Shown piece by piece: positions 1 through 6,963 of a stretch of DNA of 60,503 nucleotides (position 1 is its first letter; each line of letters begins with the position of its first letter). The translations under genes and the position numbers were made by a program. The notes beneath the pieces are model-generated. The model was not told where the DNA came from and ran no database searches. It saw only the letters and a list, made by a program, of their open reading frames with translations. Source of the stretch: a virus (Duplodnaviria; Caudoviricetes). The stretch covers positions 1-60,503 of the IMG/VR virus record IMGVR_UViG_3300051212_001597, one strand, 5' to 3'.

Positions 1-2
1 CT

Positions 3-257
3 CTGAGTTACAGCGGCACAAACTGGTCAGACTGTGAGTGTGTTCTGAATAACAAAACAGCAAGAGTTGCTGTAGTTTTCAGCAGCTATATTCCAGAAAC
101 ATATAAAGGATTCGTTGTAGTAAATGGAGATCTAGACGACTACAGATTCCTAGATAAGAAGGGGTGTATTGTTGGACTCAAGTACAAGAGCACTGGAAAA
201 AGCAATGACCTGATTGTAAGCGGCTGCGATGACCTTAAGTTTGTGGTAAGAAACTAG
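3..257 (+). CDS. Partial (5'-truncated) phage protein, GP88-like C-terminus
   Basis: Frame 3 reads LSYSGTN...RVAVVF...P.TYKG..VVNGDLDDYRFLDKKGCIVGLKYK to TAG at 255-257. The motif resembles the phage gene-product-88 family. Not in the ORF track. Confidence 0.55.
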   Translation: MSYSGTNWSDCECVLNNKTARVAVVFSSYIPETYKGFVVVNGDLDDYRFLDKKGCIVGLKYKSTGKSNDLIVSGCDDLKFVVRN

Positions 258-275
258 TTTCTAGGGTAAACAAAA

Positions 276-836
276 ATGGAAAAACTGCGCCAAAACTGCG
301 ACGAAAGTGCGGAGTTTATCTCTAAGTTCAAATCCGGAGATCCTGAGGCGTTCAACCAATTTTGTGATAAATATAAGAATGTCATAATAATGGCTGTTTC
401 TAGTAGGTGTCTAAAATCTGATAGAGACGACATCGTTCAGGAAAGCCTGATGAAATGCTTTAGAATGAAAGATAAATACGATAGCGATAAATCTAGATTA
501 GCAACCTGGGTTTCGATGATCGCAAAATCTGTGGCAATGGACCTATTCAGACGCAAGAAGTGCAGACCAGCGCTAGCCATAAGTCCAGACCATCATAACA
601 CTGAAGCAAAAATCGACATAAACATCCTAGTAAGGATTAAGGGTTTGGAGTTTCTAGATGAGTCAGATATCGAACTTCTCAGGTTCAAATATATTGAAGG
701 TATGAAGTTCAGGCATGTCTCTGAGGCTACTGGTTTACCAGAAGGAACTGTAAGATCTAAGCTTTATAGAGCCACGGCAAAGATAAGAGAAAGGATCTCT
801 AGTGCAGAAAATGCCAAAGTACATTCAGACGATTGA
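276..836 (+). CDS. RNA polymerase sigma-70 family factor, ECF-like
   Basis: GDPEAF...DDIVQE...LATWVSMIAKSVAMD (region 2) and YIEGMKFRHVSEATGLPEGTVRSKLYRA (region 4). Confidence 0.9.
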   Translation: MEKLRQNCDESAEFISKFKSGDPEAFNQFCDKYKNVIIMAVSSRCLKSDRDDIVQESLMKCFRMKDKYDSDKSRLATWVSMIAKSVAMDLFRRKKCRPALAISPDHHNTEAKIDINILVRIKGLEFLDESDIELLRFKYIEGMKFRHVSEATGLPEGTVRSKLYRATAKIRERISSAENAKVHSDD

Positions 837-851
837 GACTGTCATAGACTT

Positions 852-1328
852 TTGGATATCCAATACCCCAAAGTTTATGCAGCCAAAGTTTGTTTGGAAC
901 ATCTATTACTTCGTACTAGACAAAGCATGAGACAAGACTTTCTAGATAGGCTGCTCAACATGTCTATGGCTTTGATACCAGAGATTGACTCGGATTCAAA
1001 ACACGTATCCTTTGTAGTAAGGAAAAATAAGATTCTTGGGTTCGGTGTAAACAAAAGCATGCAAACCCATCCTTTGGCAAGCAAGCTTAATTGCAGATTT
1101 GGAACAATACACTCTGAGCTTTCAGCAATACTCAGAGCAAAGAAGATGTCGGATTTTGACAACGCCACGCTTGTAAATATAAGATTGAGTGCTGCATCAA
1201 TGAGGACTGGAGTTCCTATTTTGAGGAACTCAAGACCTTGTCCGTCTTGTCAGAAGCTAATTCTAGCCAATCCAGAGATAAAAGAAGTTATCTACACAAC
1301 AGATAGCGGATGGAGGCACTATGATTGA
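852..1328 (+). CDS. Zinc-dependent cytidine/dCMP-deaminase-fold protein
   Basis: HSE and SRPCPSC motifs (HxE...PCxxC), GFGVN strand, C-terminal IKEVIYT. Start codon uncertain. Confidence 0.75.
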   Translation: MDIQYPKVYAAKVCLEHLLLRTRQSMRQDFLDRLLNMSMALIPEIDSDSKHVSFVVRKNKILGFGVNKSMQTHPLASKLNCRFGTIHSELSAILRAKKMSDFDNATLVNIRLSAASMRTGVPILRNSRPCPSCQKLILANPEIKEVIYTTDSGWRHYD

Positions 1329-1551
1329 AGAGATTGTTATTTATGTAGACTATATCGGGGCTTCTAAATACGGTGTTTTTGTGGATGATCCAATCAAGGA
1401 AAATCCAGACGCCGTCCATAAAACAGTAGACGCAAGCCTCTCCTACATAGCGGACAAATTCGGCATTGATACTCATGTTGAAATCTCTCATTGCGCAGAG
1501 ATTATCTTCAAGCTTGAGAGAAACCTAGACATGGACGAGAATCTGTCATGA
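1321..1551 (+). CDS. Hypothetical protein
   Basis: ORF overlaps both neighbours in a tight operon. Confidence 0.55.
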   Translation: MIEEIVIYVDYIGASKYGVFVDDPIKENPDAVHKTVDASLSYIADKFGIDTHVEISHCAEIIFKLERNLDMDENLS

Positions 1552-1958
1552 GCAAACAATTCTTTGAAACTCTTACAACTGAAGTTTGTGGAAATGTAAG
1601 AGTTGGCGTTTACAGGAATCTTCACAACGACCACTTTAGCGTAATCAACCCAAAAACAAGAACTGTCATTTATCACGCAAATAACATTGTTTTAAGTGAT
1701 GTTGTTTTTCATGTAAGAACTGGCGGCTGGAAGAACGTCTTTGAAACAGGGATAAAGAATGTACACGCATTTGTTTACGGCACTGTTTGCAAAGACAGGT
1801 TAGATCTTGAAAAAGACCTTAAAATTGTTACCTACAGACCAAAAGTTTCTATGTTTTTCTTTTGTCCTCAAATATCAGAAGAACCAGAAAATTCAAAGAT
1901 ATTTTCAAGTGAATACGCCAAAATGATTAACGGAAAGATTATTATGGCTAAAATATAA
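1548..1958 (+). CDS. Conserved hypothetical phage protein
   Basis: VYRNLH...FSV...KNVHAFVYG pattern typical of a widespread phage family; ATGA overlap with the upstream gene. Confidence 0.7.
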   Translation: MSKQFFETLTTEVCGNVRVGVYRNLHNDHFSVINPKTRTVIYHANNIVLSDVVFHVRTGGWKNVFETGIKNVHAFVYGTVCKDRLDLEKDLKIVTYRPKVSMFFFCPQISEEPENSKIFSSEYAKMINGKIIMAKI

Positions 1959-1959
1959 A

Positions 1960-3009
1960 GTGACCGCTATAAGAGCAGCTGGTTGTTGTTGTGGAAAAGG
2001 CAATGTTGGAATATTTTGCCCAAACGATACAATTTTTAGACAAACTGTTAGTCCTGCTTTAGGTGTTCACACTCTTGAGCGTATATATCAATATATATAT
2101 GATGATAGAAAAAAGGGGAAGGTAGTTAGAATAGATTCAGAAGCGACCCTTATGGGTTGCGATGTTGCTTTTTTCGGAGTTTTAACTGGGGCTAACTCGA
2201 CAACAAACGCTGCCTCAGCTAAACTTGTATTTACGCCAGGCACAGGAACAACATCAACAGGATCGACTGGTAATGGTCTTGTTAGGTATCTCTCACCATG
2301 GTGGTCATCACCTTCTCTATCAGAAGCCTTAAGTAAATTCGTAGCAAAAGGAGGCAAGTTAGTGCTGCTTGGCGACGGTCCAGGAGTCAACGCCACGCCA
2401 GCATTTAGGGCTGCCGCTGTTACCGAGTGTAATTCAATATTAGTAGCCGCAAATAACAATAACAATGCTTCAACTTGCGTACAGTTTATCAATCCTCCAG
2501 CTTGTACTAATTGTTTCGGAGAATGTTCTTGTGCATCTCCAAAATGCGCAAAAGGAACAGCTCTTAGACAAGTTCTTCCAAACACGCCTTTTTCTTACTA
2601 CCCAAACAATGGTATCTGGACAGACCCAGAAGGAAGTGGTACGTACTTAGCATTTTTCTACCCTGGAAGCAGCAATGAATTTCAGCTTTTGACTGGTGGC
2701 ATTTCATATTTTTCAGCAAATTCTTGCGGTGGTGGATTACTAGGAACATATTATCCAGCTGCGTATTCACAGCTTTCTGGTGGTTATCACATAGTTATTT
2801 CTGATGTTAACTGTGTTCTCACATCACCAGTATCTATAGCTATGTTTTCTCAATTAGATCCAGATGATGGTGGATGCCCAGGAACTAATCAAGTTCCTGC
2901 AACAATTAATGCTGCTTGCAATCCAAATGGTATGTTCACTGGTCTAAATTTTTTAGATATAAACTTACCATTCTTATGGACATTGGCTCAGCCTTGTACA
3001 ACATGTTAA
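1960..3009 (+). CDS. Cys/Gly-rich protein, possibly virion-associated
   Basis: N-terminal GCCCG, internal LSKFVAKGGKLVLLGD, many cysteines, C-terminal PCTTC. Confidence 0.6.
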   Translation: MTAIRAAGCCCGKGNVGIFCPNDTIFRQTVSPALGVHTLERIYQYIYDDRKKGKVVRIDSEATLMGCDVAFFGVLTGANSTTNAASAKLVFTPGTGTTSTGSTGNGLVRYLSPWWSSPSLSEALSKFVAKGGKLVLLGDGPGVNATPAFRAAAVTECNSILVAANNNNNASTCVQFINPPACTNCFGECSCASPKCAKGTALRQVLPNTPFSYYPNNGIWTDPEGSGTYLAFFYPGSSNEFQLLTGGISYFSANSCGGGLLGTYYPAAYSQLSGGYHIVISDVNCVLTSPVSIAMFSQLDPDDGGCPGTNQVPATINAACNPNGMFTGLNFLDINLPFLWTLAQPCTTC

Positions 3010-3013
3010 CATT

Positions 3014-3610
3014 ATGGAAGAAAATAAATTTACAATAAACAAAGCCACAGAACTGCTGCAATCATTCTCAGGTTTAATGAAAGATGGTTGCGTATCTAGA
3101 GATGTTTACAACGAAAGAAGAAAGCTTTGTGAATCATGTGATCAAAACAACATAAATCAAAGCACAAAGAAACACTTCTGCGGAGGGTGCGGGTGCGGGG
3201 CTAGGCCTATGGCCGCACTTTACATAGAAGGCGTTCCTGTTGAGGAAGACCACAGTGTTAGACTATGGATGCCAAAATCAAACTGCCCAAAGAATCTACA
3301 TAAAGATGAGCGCGGCACTGGAAGCTTTAAAGAGGTTGGTGGTAGAATGAAACAACTAAAGGAGTTCACCCTCTCGACACTTGCTGAATCAATAGGAGCG
3401 TCTAGGAAGGACGACCCCCTTACGCCAGTTAATCAGACTATAGAAATAGTCGAGTCTGTCTCTGTTGACGAGAACGAGCTTGATGAGCTTGCAGACATAA
3501 TGGCTCCAGAAATCGAAAAAATCTCAGGCTCTGCAGCCTACAATGATTCGAAGGAAACAGCAAATGAAAAACACGATACACATTCCGGTAACAAGCAGCA
3601 ATCAGATTGA
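3014..3610 (+). CDS. Cys-cluster (putative Zn-binding) protein
   Basis: ERRKLCESC...CGGCGC...LWMPKSNCP. Confidence 0.6.
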   Translation: MEENKFTINKATELLQSFSGLMKDGCVSRDVYNERRKLCESCDQNNINQSTKKHFCGGCGCGARPMAALYIEGVPVEEDHSVRLWMPKSNCPKNLHKDERGTGSFKEVGGRMKQLKEFTLSTLAESIGASRKDDPLTPVNQTIEIVESVSVDENELDELADIMAPEIEKISGSAAYNDSKETANEKHDTHSGNKQQSD

Positions 3611-3728
3611 TCAAGTTAGAATGATAGTTAGAGCTATCACTAACGGCACAAATCAAAACTACAGAGTTAGAGAACGAAAGAATCGCAAGGGGCGCTATCT
3701 AAGCGTCTCAATTGACAAGAACCGCTGA
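3564..3728 (+). CDS. Small basic hypothetical protein
   Basis: SD-like AAGGA upstream of ATG at 3564. Confidence 0.5.
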   Translation: MKNTIHIPVTSSNQIDQVRMIVRAITNGTNQNYRVRERKNRKGRYLSVSIDKNR

Positions 3729-3996
3729 AATGTACAGACTATTCATCGACTATCCAATCAATGCCTCCTCGACAGAGGAGGCTGTTCTTATCGCACGAAA
3801 GATTATTGAAGGAACTGTTGTTTCAGAAGATAACAAGTCCTTCATGCTGTCTTCTGGTATTGATCAGATCAATTACAGGCTTGGTCATGACGAGGACAGG
3901 CAGAATAGAAATTATCTTGTTATGACAGAATCGGGACACGGCTCCACGAAAAAAACCAAAGTTTTCTTGGAGAAAAAGGTAACAGAAGACGTATAA
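3712..3996 (+). CDS. Hypothetical protein
   Basis: ORF fills the gap before the RNA array; start may be ATG at 3730. Confidence 0.55.
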   Translation: MTRTAEMYRLFIDYPINASSTEEAVLIARKIIEGTVVSEDNKSFMLSSGIDQINYRLGHDEDRQNRNYLVMTESGHGSTKKTKVFLEKKVTEDV

Positions 3997-3997
3997 T
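3992..3997 (+). promoter_or_regulatory. Putative -10 element (TATAAT) for the tRNA/ncRNA array
   Basis: Perfect TATAAT 9 nt before the first tRNA; no convincing -35 element. Confidence 0.45.
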
Positions 3998-4006
3998 AAG
4001 ATGTAA

Positions 4007-4077
4007 GCGCTGTGGGCGGAGAGTTTCGCAGACCGACTTATAATCGGTTCAACAAGGGGCAGCACCTTGACGGCGCA
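4007..4077 (+). tRNA. tRNA-Ile(UAU), non-canonical D and T arms
   Basis: Acceptor GCGCTGT/ACGGCGC, anticodon arm ACCGA-CTTATAA-TCGGT, T arm CAAGG-GGCAGCA-CCTTG, discriminator A. Confidence 0.8.
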
Positions 4078-4084
4078 TTTGGTT

Positions 4085-4157
4085 GCGAGTGTAGCTCAGC
4101 TGGTAGAGCCTTGGTTTTCCAAACCAATTGTCGCGGGTTCAAGTCCCGCCATTCGCT
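4085..4157 (+). tRNA. tRNA-Gly(UCC)
   Basis: Canonical cloverleaf: GCGAGTG/CATTCGC, anticodon loop TTTCCAA, T loop TTCAAGT, U73. Confidence 0.95.
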
Positions 4158-4160
4158 TTA

Positions 4161-4261
4161 AGAGATCGCGTTGATCTCTACTAGACACAGAAGGTTTTAG
4201 CTTTTAAGTAGATTATTCTACAGAATAAAGGTGAGGACGGACGACGCACTTCTGTGTTTAG
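4161..4261 (+). ncRNA. Unassigned structured RNA A (hairpin plus a domain closed by a 13-bp stem)
   Basis: AGAGATC-GCGTT-GATCTCT, then CTAGACACAGAAG (4181-4193) pairing with CTTCTGTGTTTAG (4249-4261); internal GTAGA/TCTAC hairpin. Confidence 0.5.
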
Positions 4262-4263
4262 AT

Positions 4264-4336
4264 GGCTTCCTAGTCCAAAGGCAGAGACAGAAGACTTAAA
4301 ATCTTCACAGTGTGGGTTCGAGTCCCACGGAAGCTA
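4264..4336 (+). tRNA. tRNA-Leu(UAA) with a short variable region
   Basis: GGCTTCC/GGAAGCT, GAAGA-CTTAAAA-TCTTC, GTGGG-TTCGAGT-CCCAC, A73. Confidence 0.9.
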
Positions 4337-4355
4337 CTGTTAGAAATCCCAGTCA

Positions 4356-4455
4356 ACGGAGGGGCGCGCACTCCGTAGAAGAACGCGATTAAGCAAAAAA
4401 TCGAACTCGTCGCAAGGGTTCGCAGAGGGATGCGGGCAATCTGTAGAAGAACGCA
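4356..4455 (+). ncRNA. Tandem H-type pseudoknot RNA (two copies)
   Basis: Units at 4356-4387 and 4422-4455 share an AGAAGAA linker and show compensatory changes in both stems. Confidence 0.6.
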
Positions 4456-4459
4456 AAAG

Positions 4460-4543
4460 GGCGAATGGTATAAAGGACGTGTGAGCCTCTTAGGGTATTA
4501 CCCACGGTTACCGTGGAATGTGGGTTCGAATCCCACTTCGCCA
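4460..4543 (+). ncRNA. tRNA-like RNA or pseudo-tRNA without a regular anticodon arm
   Basis: GGCGAA/TTCGCC acceptor, perfect T arm GTGGG-TTCGAAT-CCCAC, CCACGG-TTA-CCGTGG hairpin. Confidence 0.55.
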
Positions 4544-4551
4544 TTTCGAAT

Positions 4552-4687
4552 CTAGGTTAGTGTTTAACCTAGGTAGCGTGTGCCAAAATCTGTATAGGAA
4601 TGGCAAAAAGCCAAAAGAACCTGTACTTACAATGTAACTAAAGTTATAAAGGAAAACTCCTCCGAGTAACCTTTGGCAACACGCTAT
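4552..4687 (+). ncRNA. Unassigned structured RNA B (hairpin plus long-stem multibranch domain)
   Basis: CTAGGTTA-GTGTT-TAACCTAG, then TAGCGTGT/ACACGCTA and GCCAAA/TTTGGC closing stems; internal GTATAGG/CCTGTAC. Confidence 0.5.
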
Positions 4688-4693
4688 ATTTTA

Positions 4694-4766
4694 GCTCTCT
4701 TAGCTCAGTTGGTAGAGCATTCGGCTTTTAACCGATAGGTCGTAGGTTCGATCCCTACAGGGAGCA
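4694..4766 (+). tRNA. tRNA-Lys(UUU)
   Basis: Canonical cloverleaf GCTCTCT/AGGGAGC, anticodon loop CTTTTAA, T loop TTCGATC. Confidence 0.95.
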
Positions 4767-4781
4767 TTAAAGGAGTAAGTT

Positions 4782-5132
4782 ATGAAATTCAAGAAAATCG
4801 AAACAAACAAAACAACACCTTCTGAGATTACAGAAAAAGACTTCAAAATGATTCGTGTAACAATTAACTTTCCAGTACACAAGTCTTTTGGTCTTCATGA
4901 CATCTTATCAGAACTAGAAGGAATCGTTTCTGCCTATCCTCCAGAAAGGAATAGAGAAGAATTTATGGTCATTGAAGAATCTGAAGTGACAAAGGAAGAT
5001 CTCTCAAAATGGGTATCAACAAGTAAAACAACATCTGGCTGGGTTTGCTATAACCTAGACTCAGACAAAGAATATGAGATTGGAAAAATTTTCAAGAAGT
5101 CTTCGCGGCCGAGTGGGAAACGGCGGAGTTGA
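4782..5132 (+). CDS. Hypothetical protein, paralog of 36248-36553
   Basis: Strong SD AAGGAG; shares MxFKK, KMxxVTxxFPVxK, DILSE and IEESxVT with the 36248 ORF. Confidence 0.7.
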   Translation: MKFKKIETNKTTPSEITEKDFKMIRVTINFPVHKSFGLHDILSELEGIVSAYPPERNREEFMVIEESEVTKEDLSKWVSTSKTTSGWVCYNLDSDKEYEIGKIFKKSSRPSGKRRS

Positions 5133-5212
5133 CAAGACTTGCTCTTGCGTAAAACGATTTATTAAATTAATCGACAAAGCAAATAAACTAGTTCGAATCT
5201 AGTCGAAGACTA
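5098..5212 (+). ncRNA. Enlarged tRNA-like RNA (about 115 nt)
   Basis: AGTCTTCG/CGAAGACT acceptor, D arm GCCG-AGTGGGAAA-CGGC, T arm ACTAG-TTCGAAT-CTAGT, long insertion. Confidence 0.6.
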
Positions 5213-5225
5213 TAAAGGAAACAAA

Positions 5226-5900
5226 ATGGATATTTCAGAATTACTAATAAGCCTATCTTTTAAATCAAACTTAAACGAATTTCCACAAGCAAGACTAGCT
5301 GTCCACAATTCTGCTACCGTGAGATCTGAAGATCTAAACGAGCAAATTTTAATTGGGCCTGCGTTCATTAATATTCAAGAATCTGAAAAGGGATACACCC
5401 TAAATCTCGCAAATTCTTTTGAGTGTCCTTTGTATTTTGTTTTAGACCTCAATATGAAAACTGACTCAGAGCCAAAGAGGGTCCGAATTCAAATTCCAGA
5501 AAGCGTCAAACAACAAATAGATGAACAGAATAAATCTGTTCAAGATACGGCGTCTATTAATTACGTAAAATGTCAAAACGAGTTTTCTTTTGATGGAACG
5601 CAACTAGATACTGTTAAAAGTACAGAAAAATACGTTGATCTTATTTGGGATGGAAGAAAAACATCCACACCTTATATGAAGCATCGTATAGTAACTAAAA
5701 TAGATACTAACGATAATATCGCCTTTAAGGTTGATTTTTTCGATATTACCGATATAAATATGGATGGCCAAACAGACAAAAAAGACGCAGAAATCTGTAT
5801 AGCTAGTTGGAATACAGCTGAAGGCGATGTAAATTTAGATGGAACTACTGACTCTCAAGATGTATCAATTATAATGAGTCGATGGGAAACGCATGAATGA
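5226..5900 (+). CDS. Protein with C-terminal dockerin-like (DxNxDG) repeat pair
   Basis: DINMDGQTDKKDAEICIASW...GDVNLDGTTDSQDVSIIMSRW. Confidence 0.7.
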   Translation: MDISELLISLSFKSNLNEFPQARLAVHNSATVRSEDLNEQILIGPAFINIQESEKGYTLNLANSFECPLYFVLDLNMKTDSEPKRVRIQIPESVKQQIDEQNKSVQDTASINYVKCQNEFSFDGTQLDTVKSTEKYVDLIWDGRKTSTPYMKHRIVTKIDTNDNIAFKVDFFDITDINMDGQTDKKDAEICIASWNTAEGDVNLDGTTDSQDVSIIMSRWETHE

Positions 5901-6129
5901 AGATATTAAATCTGGAGCAAAAACTAGTGAATTTTGGGTATCATTGGCTCCTTTAATTTTGAGCTTTTCAAAAATCTCAGAAGAAAACACAGAGAACTCA
6001 AAGTATATAATGATATGCGGCTGCATTTTGGGATGCTTTTATATAGCTAGCAGAACGGCAATAAAAATAAATGTTAGACGAACAAAAAATAAAGAAGAGA
6101 TACAGGTCGGCTATCAAAGTAATCAATGA
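5893..6129 (+). CDS. Small membrane protein, possibly holin-like
   Basis: KTSEFW motif, two hydrophobic segments, basic C-terminus. Confidence 0.5.
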   Translation: MNEDIKSGAKTSEFWVSLAPLILSFSKISEENTENSKYIMICGCILGCFYIASRTAIKINVRRTKNKEEIQVGYQSNQ

Positions 6130-6571
6130 AGTAATAAAACATAAAAATATCAAATCAATAAAAGCAGAGGAAGTTGTAAACACAGCATATATAGCACTTG
6201 CTTCTACTGGTAAGGATATTAAATATCTTACAAACAAAAGCAAGTTCGTGCTTGTCGATATAATAAGATCAGAGTGCGGTAGAAGTGGGTCTAAAAGATC
6301 AGAAGCAAATAAGAATACAGTTTCAATAAGCGATTTTGATTTGCTAGCGTCGAAAACATATCATGACAATAAACTCAACGAAGATGAAACAAACTTTTTA
6401 AGGGTAGAATACCAGCTTTCGGAAAATGAATTCAAGATTCTATCAATGCGTAATTTAGATATGACGTTTAAAGATATTTCTAAAGTTGTTGGTCTTAGCG
6501 AATCTAGAATTTGTCAAATATCACACAGTTTAGCTGATAGAGTTATTAAGATGAGAAAGGCGAATAAATGA
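6071..6571 (+). CDS. Sigma-70 family factor, FliA/WhiG-like region 4
   Basis: LSENEFKIL...MTFKDISKVVGLSESRICQISH; region 2-like LVDIIRS. Confidence 0.75.
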   Translation: MLDEQKIKKRYRSAIKVINEVIKHKNIKSIKAEEVVNTAYIALASTGKDIKYLTNKSKFVLVDIIRSECGRSGSKRSEANKNTVSISDFDLLASKTYHDNKLNEDETNFLRVEYQLSENEFKILSMRNLDMTFKDISKVVGLSESRICQISHSLADRVIKMRKANK

Positions 6572-6954
6572 AAAAGGTAATGACCACTGGTGAAGTTGCA
6601 AATCTTTTTTCCGTTTCTGCGAGAACCATCTCTAAATGGGGTGATTCTGGAAAACTTAAGCAATGGAAAGTAAATAACGACAGAAGGTTTAATACTTCAG
6701 ATGTTGTAAAATTTGCAATTGATAATGGCATGGAGTCTTTAGTCTCAGACCTTCATATTGTTGAGCCTACAAAAAGTTCATCATCAAAAGATTTTCATAA
6801 AGACTATTTAAATCTATTGTCGAAAATCAAGAGTTTAATAAATACTGGGAAATTTTGCCTTGAAGATAAGACATATAAAATTTCAATTGATAATAAGAAC
6901 GATGTTATTCAATCAATTGAATTGATGGAAAAAACAATTCAAAAATATAATTGA
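6568..6954 (+). CDS. HTH_17/excisionase-like DNA-binding protein
   Basis: VMTTGEVANLFSVSARTISKWGDSGKLK...DRRF. Confidence 0.85.
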   Translation: MKKVMTTGEVANLFSVSARTISKWGDSGKLKQWKVNNDRRFNTSDVVKFAIDNGMESLVSDLHIVEPTKSSSSKDFHKDYLNLLSKIKSLINTGKFCLEDKTYKISIDNKNDVIQSIELMEKTIQKYN

Positions 6955-6963
6955 TAGTGTATA

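Noticed and set aside
4356-4455. Mini CRISPR array
   Set aside because: There are only two imperfect copies, their differences are structure-preserving, and no cas operon is present. The Cas4-like gene at 41396 is a typical replication-module nuclease.
4337-4543. tmRNA (pk1-like pseudoknots plus a T arm and acceptor end)
   Set aside because: There is no G3-U70 alanine acceptor, the 5' acceptor strand lies downstream of the pseudoknots, and no tag reading frame is evident.
4573-4687. 5S rRNA (similar length, closed multibranch fold)
   Set aside because: Conserved 5S sequence motifs such as CCGAAC in loop C are absent.
5098-5212. tRNA-Sec
   Set aside because: The 8/5 geometry fits, but there is no UCA anticodon and no sel genes in the window.
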